Positions 27,795 through 36,089 of a stretch of 64,000 nucleotides of DNA are shown here, piece after piece. The position numbers and the translations under genes were made by a program. This stretch comes from an uncultured Gemmatimonadales bacterium (GTDB lineage: Bacteria > Gemmatimonadota > Gemmatimonadetes > Gemmatimonadales > GWC2-71-9). The stretch spans positions 1,728,001 through 1,792,000 of the forward strand of contig CAVZZO010000001.1 of NCBI GenBank assembly GCA_963779755.1, in the 5' to 3' direction. The notes below the pieces were generated by a model. The model was not told the origin of the DNA, ran no database searches, and saw nothing but the letters and a program-made list of their open reading frames with translations. Each line of letters opens with the position of its first letter. Within the stretch, counting starts at the first letter, position 1.

Positions 27795-28463
27795 ATGTCG
27801 CGGGGAGAGCGCACCCGGCAACACATTATTGCCCAGGCCGCCGCGCTGTTCAACCAGCAGGGCGTGGCGGGTTCCTCAGTGGCCGACATCATGGAGGTCA
27901 CGGGGTTGCAGAAGGGCGGCATCTACCGGCACTTCGGCAGCAAGGAAGAGCTGGCGCTCGCGGCCTACGACTATGCCGTGGACGTCCTGGAGCAGCGCTT
28001 CCTGGCCGGCATGGCTGGGACGCGCGATCCGCTGGCCCGGCTGCGGGGGCTGCTCTCGGTCTTCCGCCAGCATATCACCCGGCCGCCGCTGCCCGGCGGC
28101 TGTCCCGTGATGAACACCGCGATCGAAGCGGATGACACCAATGCGGTGCTTCGGGACCGGGCGCAGCGCACCATGGAACAGTGGCGCGGTACCGTGGCCG
28201 ACCTGTTGCGTCAGGCGGTGGCGGCGGGCCGCCTGCGAGCACGGGTGGATCCGGAGGAGGCCGCGACGGCCATGGTCGGCAGCCTGGAGGGCGCGGTCAT
28301 GCTGACCCGCCTCACCGCCGATCCCCAGCACATGCGCCGGGCGGCCGATTTCTGGACCCGCTATCTGGAGGAGGACGATTCGCTCGGCCCTCCAGACGAC
28401 TCGACCCGCTCGACCGGGTTACCGGGTCGAGCGGGTCGCAGACGTCGAGCGCCGCCCGGCTAG
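27795..28463 (+). CDS. TetR/AcrR family regulator (LmrA/YxaF/NemR-like)
   Basis: TRQHIIAQAAALF...SVADIMEVTGLQKGGIYRHFGSKEEL HTH; GGCPVMNTAIE C-domain motif; GGAG RBS. Confidence 0.92.
   Translation: MSRGERTRQHIIAQAAALFNQQGVAGSSVADIMEVTGLQKGGIYRHFGSKEELALAAYDYAVDVLEQRFLAGMAGTRDPLARLRGLLSVFRQHITRPPLPGGCPVMNTAIEADDTNAVLRDRAQRTMEQWRGTVADLLRQAVAAGRLRARVDPEEAATAMVGSLEGAVMLTRLTADPQHMRRAADFWTRYLEEDDSLGPPDDSTRSTGLPGRAGRRRRAPPG
28402..28438. repeat. GC hairpin cgacccgctcgacc...ggtcgagcgggtcg inside the TetR 3' tail
   Basis: 14-bp perfect arms at the convergent tetR/GGDEF junction. Confidence 0.6.
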
Positions 28464-29392
28464 TTGGGTACTTTGCTGGATTGCTTCGCGACGCGCTCTT
28501 TCTTGATGCGCTTCTGGGCGTACAGTTCCTGGTCGGCCTGGGCGAGGATGTCTTCCACCGACCGGGTGTTTTCCGGATCCACGCGGACCGCTCCCAGGCT
28601 GGCCGACAGCTTGTAATCGAGGTTGTGGCTGCTGTCGTAGCGGCTCATGTTCTCCTGCAGGGCCGCGGCGATGATGTCGCTGCTGCCCTCGTAGGCATCG
28701 ATGGCCAGGATGGCAAATTCATCGCCCCCGATGCGGCTGACGATGTCGGAACTGCGGAAGGTCTCGCGCAGCACCTGCGCCATGGCGACGAGCGCCCGGT
28801 CGCCCTCGGGGTGACCGTAGGTGTCGTTGATGCGCTTGAGGCCGTCCAGGTCCACGAAGATGAACAGCAGGTCCTGGTTGGTCCGGTGGGCGAACCGCAG
28901 CTGCTGCTCGGCCAGGGTGAGAAATCCGCGCCGGTTGTAGAGGCCGGTCAGCTCGTCGGTGAGTGAGAGCCGGCGCAGCGCCGCCCGCATCTCCTGCCGC
29001 TCGACGGCGTAGCGCAGCGCCCGCGCCAGCAGCACGCCATCGGTGTGATTCTTCACCATGTAGTCCTGCGCCCCTTCCCGGACCGCGGCGCAGGCCAGGT
29101 CTTCGTCGTCTATCCCGGTGAGCACCACCACCGGCATTTCGGGCGCCGCCGCCTGGACCTGGAACAGGGTATCCAGGCCATGGGCATCGGGCAGCGAGAG
29201 GTCCAGCAGCACGACATCCACGACCTGCTCGCGCAGGCATTTCACGCCTTCGGAGACGCGGCTGCTGGTGAGGAGCTCGAACGCCGGCCCGCCGGCGCGC
29301 CCGGGGCGCTCTTCCCGCAGCGCCTCCTGGATGAGCCGGGCATCGCCGGGGTTATCCTCGATCAGCAGGACCCGCAACGTCTGTCCTTCCAT
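28460..29392 (-). CDS. Response-regulator diguanylate cyclase (REC-GGDEF)
   Basis: LLIEDNPGD...LLDLSLPD receiver; DELTGLYNRR, INDTYGHPEGD, intact GGDEF with RxxD I-site (RSSD). Confidence 0.95.
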   Translation of the reverse strand: MEGQTLRVLLIEDNPGDARLIQEALREERPGRAGGPAFELLTSSRVSEGVKCLREQVVDVVLLDLSLPDAHGLDTLFQVQAAAPEMPVVVLTGIDDEDLACAAVREGAQDYMVKNHTDGVLLARALRYAVERQEMRAALRRLSLTDELTGLYNRRGFLTLAEQQLRFAHRTNQDLLFIFVDLDGLKRINDTYGHPEGDRALVAMAQVLRETFRSSDIVSRIGGDEFAILAIDAYEGSSDIIAAALQENMSRYDSSHNLDYKLSASLGAVRVDPENTRSVEDILAQADQELYAQKRIKKERVAKQSSKVPN

Positions 29393-29429
29393 GCGCCTCC
29401 AGGGACCAGGCCGCCCGGCTTCGGGGGAA

Positions 29430-29945
29430 TCAGGAGTAGGGGAGCGTGACGGTGTCCAGCCAGAACTCCTCGATACGACCCACCACCAGGTAGAACTCGT
29501 CGAGATTCAGCGGCTTCCGGATATAGCAGTTGGCGTGCGATTCGTAGCACACCCGCACGTCGTCCTCGCTGCTGGAGGTGGTCATGATGACCACCGGGAT
29601 GCGGCGCAGGTCCGGGTCGTTCTTGATTTCTTTCAGCACCTGCCGCCCGTCCTTCCGCGGCAGGTTGAGGTCCAGGATGATCAGTCGCGGCCGCGCGGCA
29701 TGCTGGTACACCCCGCCGCCGTGCAGGAAGGCCAGCGCCGCCTCGCCGTCGCTTGCCACGTGGAAGTTGGCGCGGGTGCCGGTTTCGGCGAACGCCTCGA
29801 GCAGGAGCCGCACGTCGGCCGGGTTGTCCTCGACCAGCAGGATGTCGGTCAGCCCGCCCGGCTCCCGCCGTAGCGGGCTCTCGCGGGCCAGCGCCCGGTG
29901 GGAGGCGGTTTCGGGCACCCCGCACTCGGGGGTCGCGTCAGGCAC
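29430..29945 (-). CDS. Single-domain response regulator, Rcp1-like
   Basis: ILLVEDNPAD, ILDLNLPRKDG, IPVVIMTTS, ANCYIRKP and C-terminal FWL motif. Exact start uncertain. Confidence 0.92.
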   Translation of the reverse strand: MPDATPECGVPETASHRALARESPLRREPGGLTDILLVEDNPADVRLLLEAFAETGTRANFHVASDGEAALAFLHGGGVYQHAARPRLIILDLNLPRKDGRQVLKEIKNDPDLRRIPVVIMTTSSSEDDVRVCYESHANCYIRKPLNLDEFYLVVGRIEEFWLDTVTLPYS

Positions 29946-30061
29946 CGGGCACCGCCCGGTTCCGGCGGATTCTCCCTGGATGTGGTAGCAGTTCCATATG
30001 GAATACCAAGATAGGGCAAAACCGCAATCGAGGGAACTTTGGGGTACCGCAGGGCCGGGGC

Positions 30062-30077
30062 TGTGACCTGCCTCACC
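30062..30077. promoter_or_regulatory. Possible CRP/FNR-family site TGTGA-CCTGCC-TCACC
   Basis: One mismatch to TGTGA-N6-TCACA, upstream of the RR/DGC operon. Confidence 0.35.
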
Positions 30078-31848
30078 TTTCCGGGGCCGGAGCCGGCGGC
30101 ACCGGTGGAGGGGGGGCGGCCGGCATCATTCCGGTCCCCAGGTCCAGCGCCACCATATGCGGCTGGCCGTCGCGTACGCTCAACACCAGCAGGTCGAGCC
30201 CCTGCACCCGCAGCCGCTGGCCCGGCTCGACCTGGCGGGGCAGGTGGTCCAGCAGCCAGGAGGCCAGCGGGACATCCGCGGAGCGGTCCAGCGAAACCCC
30301 GTAGAACTCTTGCAGATCGCCCACCGTGGCGAGCTGGGCATCGAAGGAGAACTCCCGCCGGCCGGCCAGGGACGCGGTATCGGGGCGCGAGGTGCGGAAC
30401 AGCCGACCCACCAGCGGCCCCTGCGACACCTCATAGAGCACGTAGACCTGGTCGCGCGCCTGCAGCACCGTACTGCCCCGCGGCGCGATCACCTCGACGC
30501 CCCGAACCAGCAGCAGCACCAGCGCATCGCGGGGCAGCGGGAGTTCGCGCACCGGGCGTCCCTCGGCCGGGCTGCCCGCTTCCACCCGATAGCCCAGCAG
30601 CTCCTGGCCGGTTTCGCGCAGTGCCGTCAACTCCAGCGAGACCGGCGGCTCGCTAACCGCCGGCTGGGTCAGGCCCAGGCGGCGCGCCAGGGGGACAAAG
30701 AGCGTACCCTGCACCAGCACCGACAGCAGGACGACGAAGAAGACCAGATGGAACATGGTCTCGGCCTGGGGCACGCCGGCGGCGAGCGGGAGCGTGGCCA
30801 CAATCACGGGAAAGGCGCCGCGGAACCCGCCGAAGGAGAGTACCACCTGCTCGCGCCAGTTGAAACGGAACGGGGTCGCGGATACCAGCACCGCCAGCGG
30901 CCGTGCCAGAAAGACCAGCACGCCGGCGATAATGAGCCCGGGGCCGATCGAGCGTACCAGGTGGCTGGGCGTGGCGATGGCGCCGACCAGCACGAAGACG
31001 CTGACCTGGGCGATCCAGGAGGTGCCGTCGTGGAAGCGCCGGATGCCGCGATCCATGGGAACCCGGGCGCTGCCCACCACCACACCTGCCACGAATACCG
31101 AGGCGAAGGCGCTGCCGCCCAGAACATGGGCCGCGCCGAAGGCCAGCAACGCGGCGCCGGTGGTGAGCGCCAGATACAGCCCGGCCACATCCAGGTGCAC
31201 CAGCCGCATGGCGCGCGCGGTACCCCATCCCACCAGCAGCCCCACCAGCATGCCGACCCCGATCTGACGCAGGAAGACGAATCCTACGCCCCACCAACTG
31301 GGGTGATTGCCGTTCTGCTGCAGCATGCCGATGAACGCGATCGCCAGGAACACGGCGATGGGGTCGTTGAGGCCGGTTTCGACTTCCAGGGTCTTGCGCA
31401 GGCGGGAGGGCAGCAGCACGCCGCGGCCGCGCTGCACCGCGAAGACGGCGGCCGCATCGGTCGAGCCCACGATGCTGCCGAGCAGCATGCCCTGGGTCCA
31501 GGAGAAATCGAGCAGGTACACCGCGGTGGCGGCCACCACGCCGGCGGTCACCAGCACCCCCACCGTCGCCAGCGCCGTTGCGGGGCCGGCCACGCGCCGG
31601 ATGTCTTCCACCGGCGTCGTGAGTCCGCCGTCGAAGAGGATCAGCGCCATGAAGGTGAGCGCCACCCCGCTCGCCAGCACCGGGTCGAGCTGCGGGACGC
31701 GGAACGGCCCCTCCGGACCGGCCACGAAGCCGATCAGGATAAACAACAGAATGAGCGGGATTCCCGCCCGGATGCTGAGCCGGCTGGAGAGCACGGCGGC
31801 AGCGAGCAGGAGCCCCGCCACCATCATGAGCCGGGCGGCGAGATCCAT
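30073..31848 (-). CDS. cvrA: K+/H+ antiporter NhaP2/CvrA family (CPA1 + TrkA-C + CorC/HlyC-like tail)
   Basis: ILFDGGL, GSTDAAAVF, LEVETGLNDP, GFRGAFPVI, SVLVQGT; RCK_C segment (GRPVRELPLP...PRGSTVL). Confidence 0.88.
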   Translation of the reverse strand: MDLAARLMMVAGLLLAAAVLSSRLSIRAGIPLILLFILIGFVAGPEGPFRVPQLDPVLASGVALTFMALILFDGGLTTPVEDIRRVAGPATALATVGVLVTAGVVAATAVYLLDFSWTQGMLLGSIVGSTDAAAVFAVQRGRGVLLPSRLRKTLEVETGLNDPIAVFLAIAFIGMLQQNGNHPSWWGVGFVFLRQIGVGMLVGLLVGWGTARAMRLVHLDVAGLYLALTTGAALLAFGAAHVLGGSAFASVFVAGVVVGSARVPMDRGIRRFHDGTSWIAQVSVFVLVGAIATPSHLVRSIGPGLIIAGVLVFLARPLAVLVSATPFRFNWREQVVLSFGGFRGAFPVIVATLPLAAGVPQAETMFHLVFFVVLLSVLVQGTLFVPLARRLGLTQPAVSEPPVSLELTALRETGQELLGYRVEAGSPAEGRPVRELPLPRDALVLLLVRGVEVIAPRGSTVLQARDQVYVLYEVSQGPLVGRLFRTSRPDTASLAGRREFSFDAQLATVGDLQEFYGVSLDRSADVPLASWLLDHLPRQVEPGQRLRVQGLDLLVLSVRDGQPHMVALDLGTGMMPAAPPPPVPPAPAPER

Positions 31849-31860
31849 GCCTGAAGAAGG

Positions 31861-32027
31861 CGGCAAGACGGCAGGACGGCAAGACGGCAGGACGGCAGGA
31901 CGGCAGGACGGCAGGACGGCAGGACGGCAGGACGGCAGGCTGCATCCTGTGTCACTGGTCGCACACTCGGCTGCGCCGTACCGCCGTACCGCCGTACCGC
32001 CGTACCGCCGTTACCGCCGTTACCGCC
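31861..32027. repeat. Octamer tandem repeats (GACGGCAG)n about 10 copies, followed by (CCGTACCG)n
   Basis: cggcaagacggcaggacggcaag... at 31861-31939 and ccgtaccgccgtaccgccg... at about 31975-32027. Confidence 0.9.
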
Positions 32028-32035
32028 TGACCGGC

Positions 32036-33499
32036 CTACGCGTCGTAATACAGGAAGAACTCGTAGGGATGGGGCCGCAGGTTCATGGGGGCGACATCCT
32101 TCGCCCGTTTCATGGCGAGCCAGGTTTCGATCAGGTCCGGGGTAAACACGTCGCCGGCGAGGAGGAACTGGTGATCGCTCTCCAGGGCATCGAGCGCCTC
32201 GGCGAGCGAGCCGGGGGTGTTGCGGATGGCCGCCTTGCGGGCGTCGTCCAGCTGGTAGAGGTCTTCGTCAATGGGCGGCGGCGGCTCCAGCCCGCGCAGG
32301 ACGCCGTCCAGCCCGGCCATCAGCATGGCCGAGAAGGCCAGGTAGGGGTTGGCCGTCGGGTCGGGGGCGCGGAATTCTACCCGCCGGGCCCCGGGGCTCG
32401 CCGAGTAGGCGGGGATGCGGCAGATGGCGGAGCGGTTCCGCTGGGAATACATCAGGTTGACCGGCGCCTCGAAGCCGGGCACCAGCCGCCGGTAGCTGTT
32501 GGTGGTCGGCGCGCAGAGGGCCAGCAGGGCGCTGGCGTGGGTGATGAGGCCGCCGATGTAGTGCCGGGCGGTGTCGGAGAGCAGCCCATAGCTCCCGGGG
32601 CTGAAGAACAGGTTGGTGTCGCTGTTCCAGAGCGACTGGTGCACGTGCATGCCGGAGCCGTTGTCGCCGAAGAGCGGCTTGGGCATGAAGGTGGCCGTCA
32701 GGCCCAGGGAATGGCAGACGTTCTTCACCAGGTACTTGTAGGCCAGCAACCGGTCGGCCGTCTGCACCAGGGTACCGAACCGGAAGTCGATCTCGCATTG
32801 TCCCGCGGTCGCCACCTCGTGGTGCTGGGCCTCGACCGGAATCCCTGCCTGCAGCAAGGCCAGCATGATCTTCGAACGCACGTCCTGGAGGCGGTCCACC
32901 GGCGGCACCGGGAAATACCCTTCCTTGTGGCGGGGACGGTGGCCCAGGTTGGGGGTCCCGTTGCGGCCGCTGTTCCAGACGCCTTCTTCGGAATCGACGT
33001 GGTAATAGGCCTCGTGGGCGTTCTGATCGAAGCGCACCGAGTTGAACACAAAGAACTCCGCCTCGGGGCCCCAGTAGCTGGTGGTGGCAATCCCGCTGGT
33101 TCGCAGATACTCCTCTGCCTTGAAGGCCACGAAGCGCGGATCGCGGGAGTAGGGCTCCAGCGTGGTGGGATCGTAGATGTCGCAGGCGACTGACAGCGTC
33201 GGCACCGCCAGGGCCGGGTCCACGAAGGCCGTGGTCAGGTCGGGCAGCAGCAGCATGTCGCTTTCATGGATCGCCTGAAAGCCGCGAATGGACGAGCCGT
33301 CGAAGCCCAGCCCCTCGCGGACCAGCTCCTCCGTCAGCGCCGCGGCCGGAATGGAAAAGTGCTGCCAGGTGCCGGGCAGGTCGCAGAACTTGACGTCCAC
33401 CACCTGGATCTGCTGCTGGCGGATGAGATCGGCAACCTGCTGGTATAGCGCGGAGCTCCCGGCGGCGAGCCGGGTCGTGGGGCGGGCGGTGGTGGCCAT
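32036..33499 (-). CDS. glnA: Glutamine synthetase type I (GSI-beta, adenylylation Tyr retained)
   Basis: GFDGSSIRGF, GPEAEFF, HHEVATAGQCEI, TFMPKPLFGDNGSGMHVH, NSYRRLVPGFEAP, RNRSAICRIP, DEDLY. GAGG RBS precedes ATG 33499. Confidence 0.97.
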   Translation of the reverse strand: MATTARPTTRLAAGSSALYQQVADLIRQQQIQVVDVKFCDLPGTWQHFSIPAAALTEELVREGLGFDGSSIRGFQAIHESDMLLLPDLTTAFVDPALAVPTLSVACDIYDPTTLEPYSRDPRFVAFKAEEYLRTSGIATTSYWGPEAEFFVFNSVRFDQNAHEAYYHVDSEEGVWNSGRNGTPNLGHRPRHKEGYFPVPPVDRLQDVRSKIMLALLQAGIPVEAQHHEVATAGQCEIDFRFGTLVQTADRLLAYKYLVKNVCHSLGLTATFMPKPLFGDNGSGMHVHQSLWNSDTNLFFSPGSYGLLSDTARHYIGGLITHASALLALCAPTTNSYRRLVPGFEAPVNLMYSQRNRSAICRIPAYSASPGARRVEFRAPDPTANPYLAFSAMLMAGLDGVLRGLEPPPPIDEDLYQLDDARKAAIRNTPGSLAEALDALESDHQFLLAGDVFTPDLIETWLAMKRAKDVAPMNLRPHPYEFFLYYDA

Positions 33500-33546
33500 G
33501 AAGAATACCTCAAGCAACGGGGTGCGGGGCCGCTGGGGACGGCAGG

Positions 33547-33575
33547 ACGATAATATCGCCGACCCAGCCTGTCAA
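33547..33575 (-). promoter_or_regulatory. Sigma70-like promoter for glnA: TTGACA-N17-TATCGT
   Basis: Perfect -35 (33570-33575), 17-bp spacer, TAnnnT -10 (33547-33552). Confidence 0.55.
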
Positions 33576-33613
33576 TGAAATCGTGCACAATATGCACTGC
33601 CAGGTTCGGATAA

Positions 33614-33629
33614 TGCACAAATATCGCCA
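33614..33629 (-). promoter_or_regulatory. Candidate sigma54 promoter TGGCGATATTTGTGCA
   Basis: GG-N10-GC spacing with TGGC and TGCA, in the AT-rich glnA upstream region. Confidence 0.35.
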
Positions 33630-33785
33630 TTGATCGCTTGGATGACATGAAAACTCTGCAATATTGGCAAGATATTGTAGCCATATGAGATAAACGGTAC
33701 GGCCGGCTCCTCAGGCCGGTCGGCGGGAGGGGCGATCCTGTGGCCACCCCGCCGCAGCCCCGCCGCATGTATCTTGGTGCGACCT

Positions 33786-33830
33786 CCTGATCCCTGATCC
33801 CTGATCCCTGATCCCTGATTCCCGATCCCT
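33786..33830 (+). repeat. Heptamer tandem repeat (CCCTGAT)n
   Basis: cctgatccctgatccctgatccctgatccctgattcccgatccct; related copies at 37303-37326 and 25638-25650. Confidence 0.85.
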
Positions 33831-33835
33831 CTCCT

Positions 33836-35521
33836 GTGCCCACCTGTCCCGCCTGCCAGACCCCGCTGCCTGAAGGCGCCGCCTTCTGTTCCCAGTGCGG
33901 CGCCGGCACCCCCAGCGGGGCGGCCCCCGGTCCAGCCGGGGAAATCGACGCCAGGCTGCGGGCCGCCCTCGGTCCCCAGTACCAGGTACGCCGGCTCCTG
34001 GGGCAGGGAGGCTTTGCCCTGGTGTTCGAGGTGTGGGATGCGGAGCTGGAGCGCCGCCTGGCCCTCAAGGTGCTGCGCCCGGATCTGGCCTGGACGACCG
34101 GGATGCTGGACCGCTTCCGCCACGAGGCCCGCATCCTGGCCCGGCTGCAGGACCCGCACATTCTTCCCATCCACTTCGTGGGCGAAGCCGGGGGGCTGAC
34201 CTATTACGCCATGCCGTTTGTGGAAGGCCGTTCGCTGGGTGATCTGCTGCGCAGCGACGGCGCGCTGGACCCCGGGCGTGCCGTCGCCATCATCCGGCCG
34301 GTGCTGGAGGCGCTGGAGCACGCCCATAGCCTCGGGCTCGTTCACCGCGACGTGAAGCCCGAGAACGTGATGCTGGAAAAGGGGACCGGCCGCGTGGTGC
34401 TGGTGGATTTCGGGATCGCCAAGCAGGTGAACGGCCACGGGCCCGGGCTCACCCAGACCGGCCTGGCCGTGGGCACGCCGCATTACATGAGTCCGGAGCA
34501 GGCGCTGGGGCAGGGCAACATCGATCACCGTGCCGACATCTACGCCGCCGGCGCCATGCTCTATCAGATGGTGACCGGCACCCCGCCGTTCGAGGGAGAG
34601 ACCTCCCAGGAAATCGTCGGCAAGCATATCGCCGAGCCGGTGCCCCGGCCCAGCGCGCGGAATGCCCGCATTCCCGGCTGGCTGTCCGATGTGATCGTCC
34701 GCTGCCTGGCCAAGCGGCCGGGCGAGCGCTTCCAGTCCGCCCGCCGGGTGCTGGAGGCGCTGGACGAGGGCCGCAAATCCGGGCCGCAGCAGGCCATCAG
34801 CGCCGACAGCCTGGCCCGGCGGTTGCGGGCCGAAGACCAGCCGACCGCCGTCATTCCCTCAAGGGAACGGCCGGCCGCCGCGGACGCGCCCACCACTCCC
34901 CTGCCCGTCGCGGGCCGGCGGCGTGGCCGAATCGGCTGGCTGCTGCCCCTGTTGCTCCTGCTTGCCGCCGCGGTCGCCTGGTTCTGGCTCTCCCGTCCCC
35001 GGCTGATGGTGGTAAACCAGCTGGTGGAGCCGGTGCGCCTCAGCCTGGCCGGCACCGAAAGGGAGCTGGGGCCGGGCGATACCCTGCGAGTGGTGCTTTC
35101 CCGTGGTCGCCAGGCCATTCTGCAGTGGTTCGTGGTGCAGCCGCGCTCCCCGGGAGGTCGTACCCTGGGCGATCCGATGCAGGGCACCTTCACCGAGGCG
35201 CGCCCGCAGGGCCGGCTGGAGTGGCACATTACCCCGGCCAGCGCAGGCGATCCCTTCTTCGCGCCGCTCATCACCAATGCGGCATCGCAGGGGCTGCGGA
35301 TTATCGTCAACGCCGGGCTGCAAGGCCAGGTGGATTGCGACTGCAGCGTTCCCGCCGGAGCGGAACACGCGCACCTCGGCTACTACCGGCTCTATGCCAA
35401 CAGCCGGGTACGCGCCATCGCGCCGGGCGGGCGGAGCGCCCTGTTCCAGGACCTGGCGGCCCACGTGGATTCGACGGATGGATCCGTGGGTCTGCGGTTC
35501 GAACGCAAGGATTTCCAGTAG
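33836..35521 (+). CDS. Hanks-type Ser/Thr protein kinase with N-terminal zinc ribbon, TM helix and extracytoplasmic domain
   Basis: CPAC...FCSQCG ribbon; GQGGFA, ALKVL, HRDVKPEN, DFGIAK, GTPHYMSPEQ; TM WLLPLLLLLAAAVAWFWL. Confidence 0.94.
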   Translation: MPTCPACQTPLPEGAAFCSQCGAGTPSGAAPGPAGEIDARLRAALGPQYQVRRLLGQGGFALVFEVWDAELERRLALKVLRPDLAWTTGMLDRFRHEARILARLQDPHILPIHFVGEAGGLTYYAMPFVEGRSLGDLLRSDGALDPGRAVAIIRPVLEALEHAHSLGLVHRDVKPENVMLEKGTGRVVLVDFGIAKQVNGHGPGLTQTGLAVGTPHYMSPEQALGQGNIDHRADIYAAGAMLYQMVTGTPPFEGETSQEIVGKHIAEPVPRPSARNARIPGWLSDVIVRCLAKRPGERFQSARRVLEALDEGRKSGPQQAISADSLARRLRAEDQPTAVIPSRERPAAADAPTTPLPVAGRRRGRIGWLLPLLLLLAAAVAWFWLSRPRLMVVNQLVEPVRLSLAGTERELGPGDTLRVVLSRGRQAILQWFVVQPRSPGGRTLGDPMQGTFTEARPQGRLEWHITPASAGDPFFAPLITNAASQGLRIIVNAGLQGQVDCDCSVPAGAEHAHLGYYRLYANSRVRAIAPGGRSALFQDLAAHVDSTDGSVGLRFERKDFQ

Positions 35522-35533
35522 CGTGAGGAGCGC

Positions 35534-35559
35534 GCAACCTTTTCCGGCCGGGGACCGTC
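35534..35559 (+). promoter_or_regulatory. ECF-sigma-like promoter GCAAC-N17-CGTC
   Basis: AAC and CGT core motifs about 50 bp upstream of the NTF2-like gene. Confidence 0.4.
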
Positions 35560-35609
35560 TTAATGCATCCCGAAGGTACAGGCCCACACCCCTTACTCGA
35601 GAACCAGCG

Positions 35610-36041
35610 ATGACCCACACCCCCCTCATGCCGTCTCCCGGAGCCGAGACGACCTGGCAGGATGATATCCGCACGGTGGAGAACGAAGCCCGGGAGGCCT
35701 TCTTCCGCGCAGACCTCGCCGCCCTCGACCGGATCTTCTCCGCGGATTTCCTGGTCAACTCGCCCCTGAACATGGTGAACGACAAGGTGGGCCTGCTGGC
35801 GGCGCTGCGCACGGGGCGTATTCGTCATACCTCGTACCTTGCGGAAATCGAGGCCATGGCGCGCTACGGTGATACCGTCGTGGTGATGGGCAACGATACG
35901 GTGACCGACCCGCCCGAGGAGATGATCACCCGGCGGCGCTACACCAACATCTGGCAGCTGCGGGAGGGCCGATGGCAGTTCATCGCCCGGCATGCGCAGG
36001 CGGTGTCGCGGGAAGCGAAACCGGCGGCCTCGCAGGCGTGA
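35610..36041 (+). CDS. NTF2-like / DUF4440 family protein
   Basis: AFFRADLAALDRIFSADF...YGDTVVVMG...RRYTNIWQLREGRWQ pattern. ATG 35610 is the likely start (track ORF is over-extended). Confidence 0.85.
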   Translation: MTHTPLMPSPGAETTWQDDIRTVENEAREAFFRADLAALDRIFSADFLVNSPLNMVNDKVGLLAALRTGRIRHTSYLAEIEAMARYGDTVVVMGNDTVTDPPEEMITRRRYTNIWQLREGRWQFIARHAQAVSREAKPAASQA

Positions 36042-36051
36042 GCGGCCGTGA

Positions 36052-36089
36052 GACGTAAGGAGTAAGGCGTGAGCCTTACCCCTTACGTC
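36052..36089. terminator. Hairpin of mirrored GTAAGG[A/C] units at a convergent junction
   Basis: gacgtaaggagtaaggc-gtga-gccttaccccttacgtc. Confidence 0.55.

Noticed and set aside
31948..31963. TGTGT-N6-TCGCA as a CRP site upstream of cvrA
   Set aside because: It has two mismatches and is embedded between repeat arrays; too weak to support.
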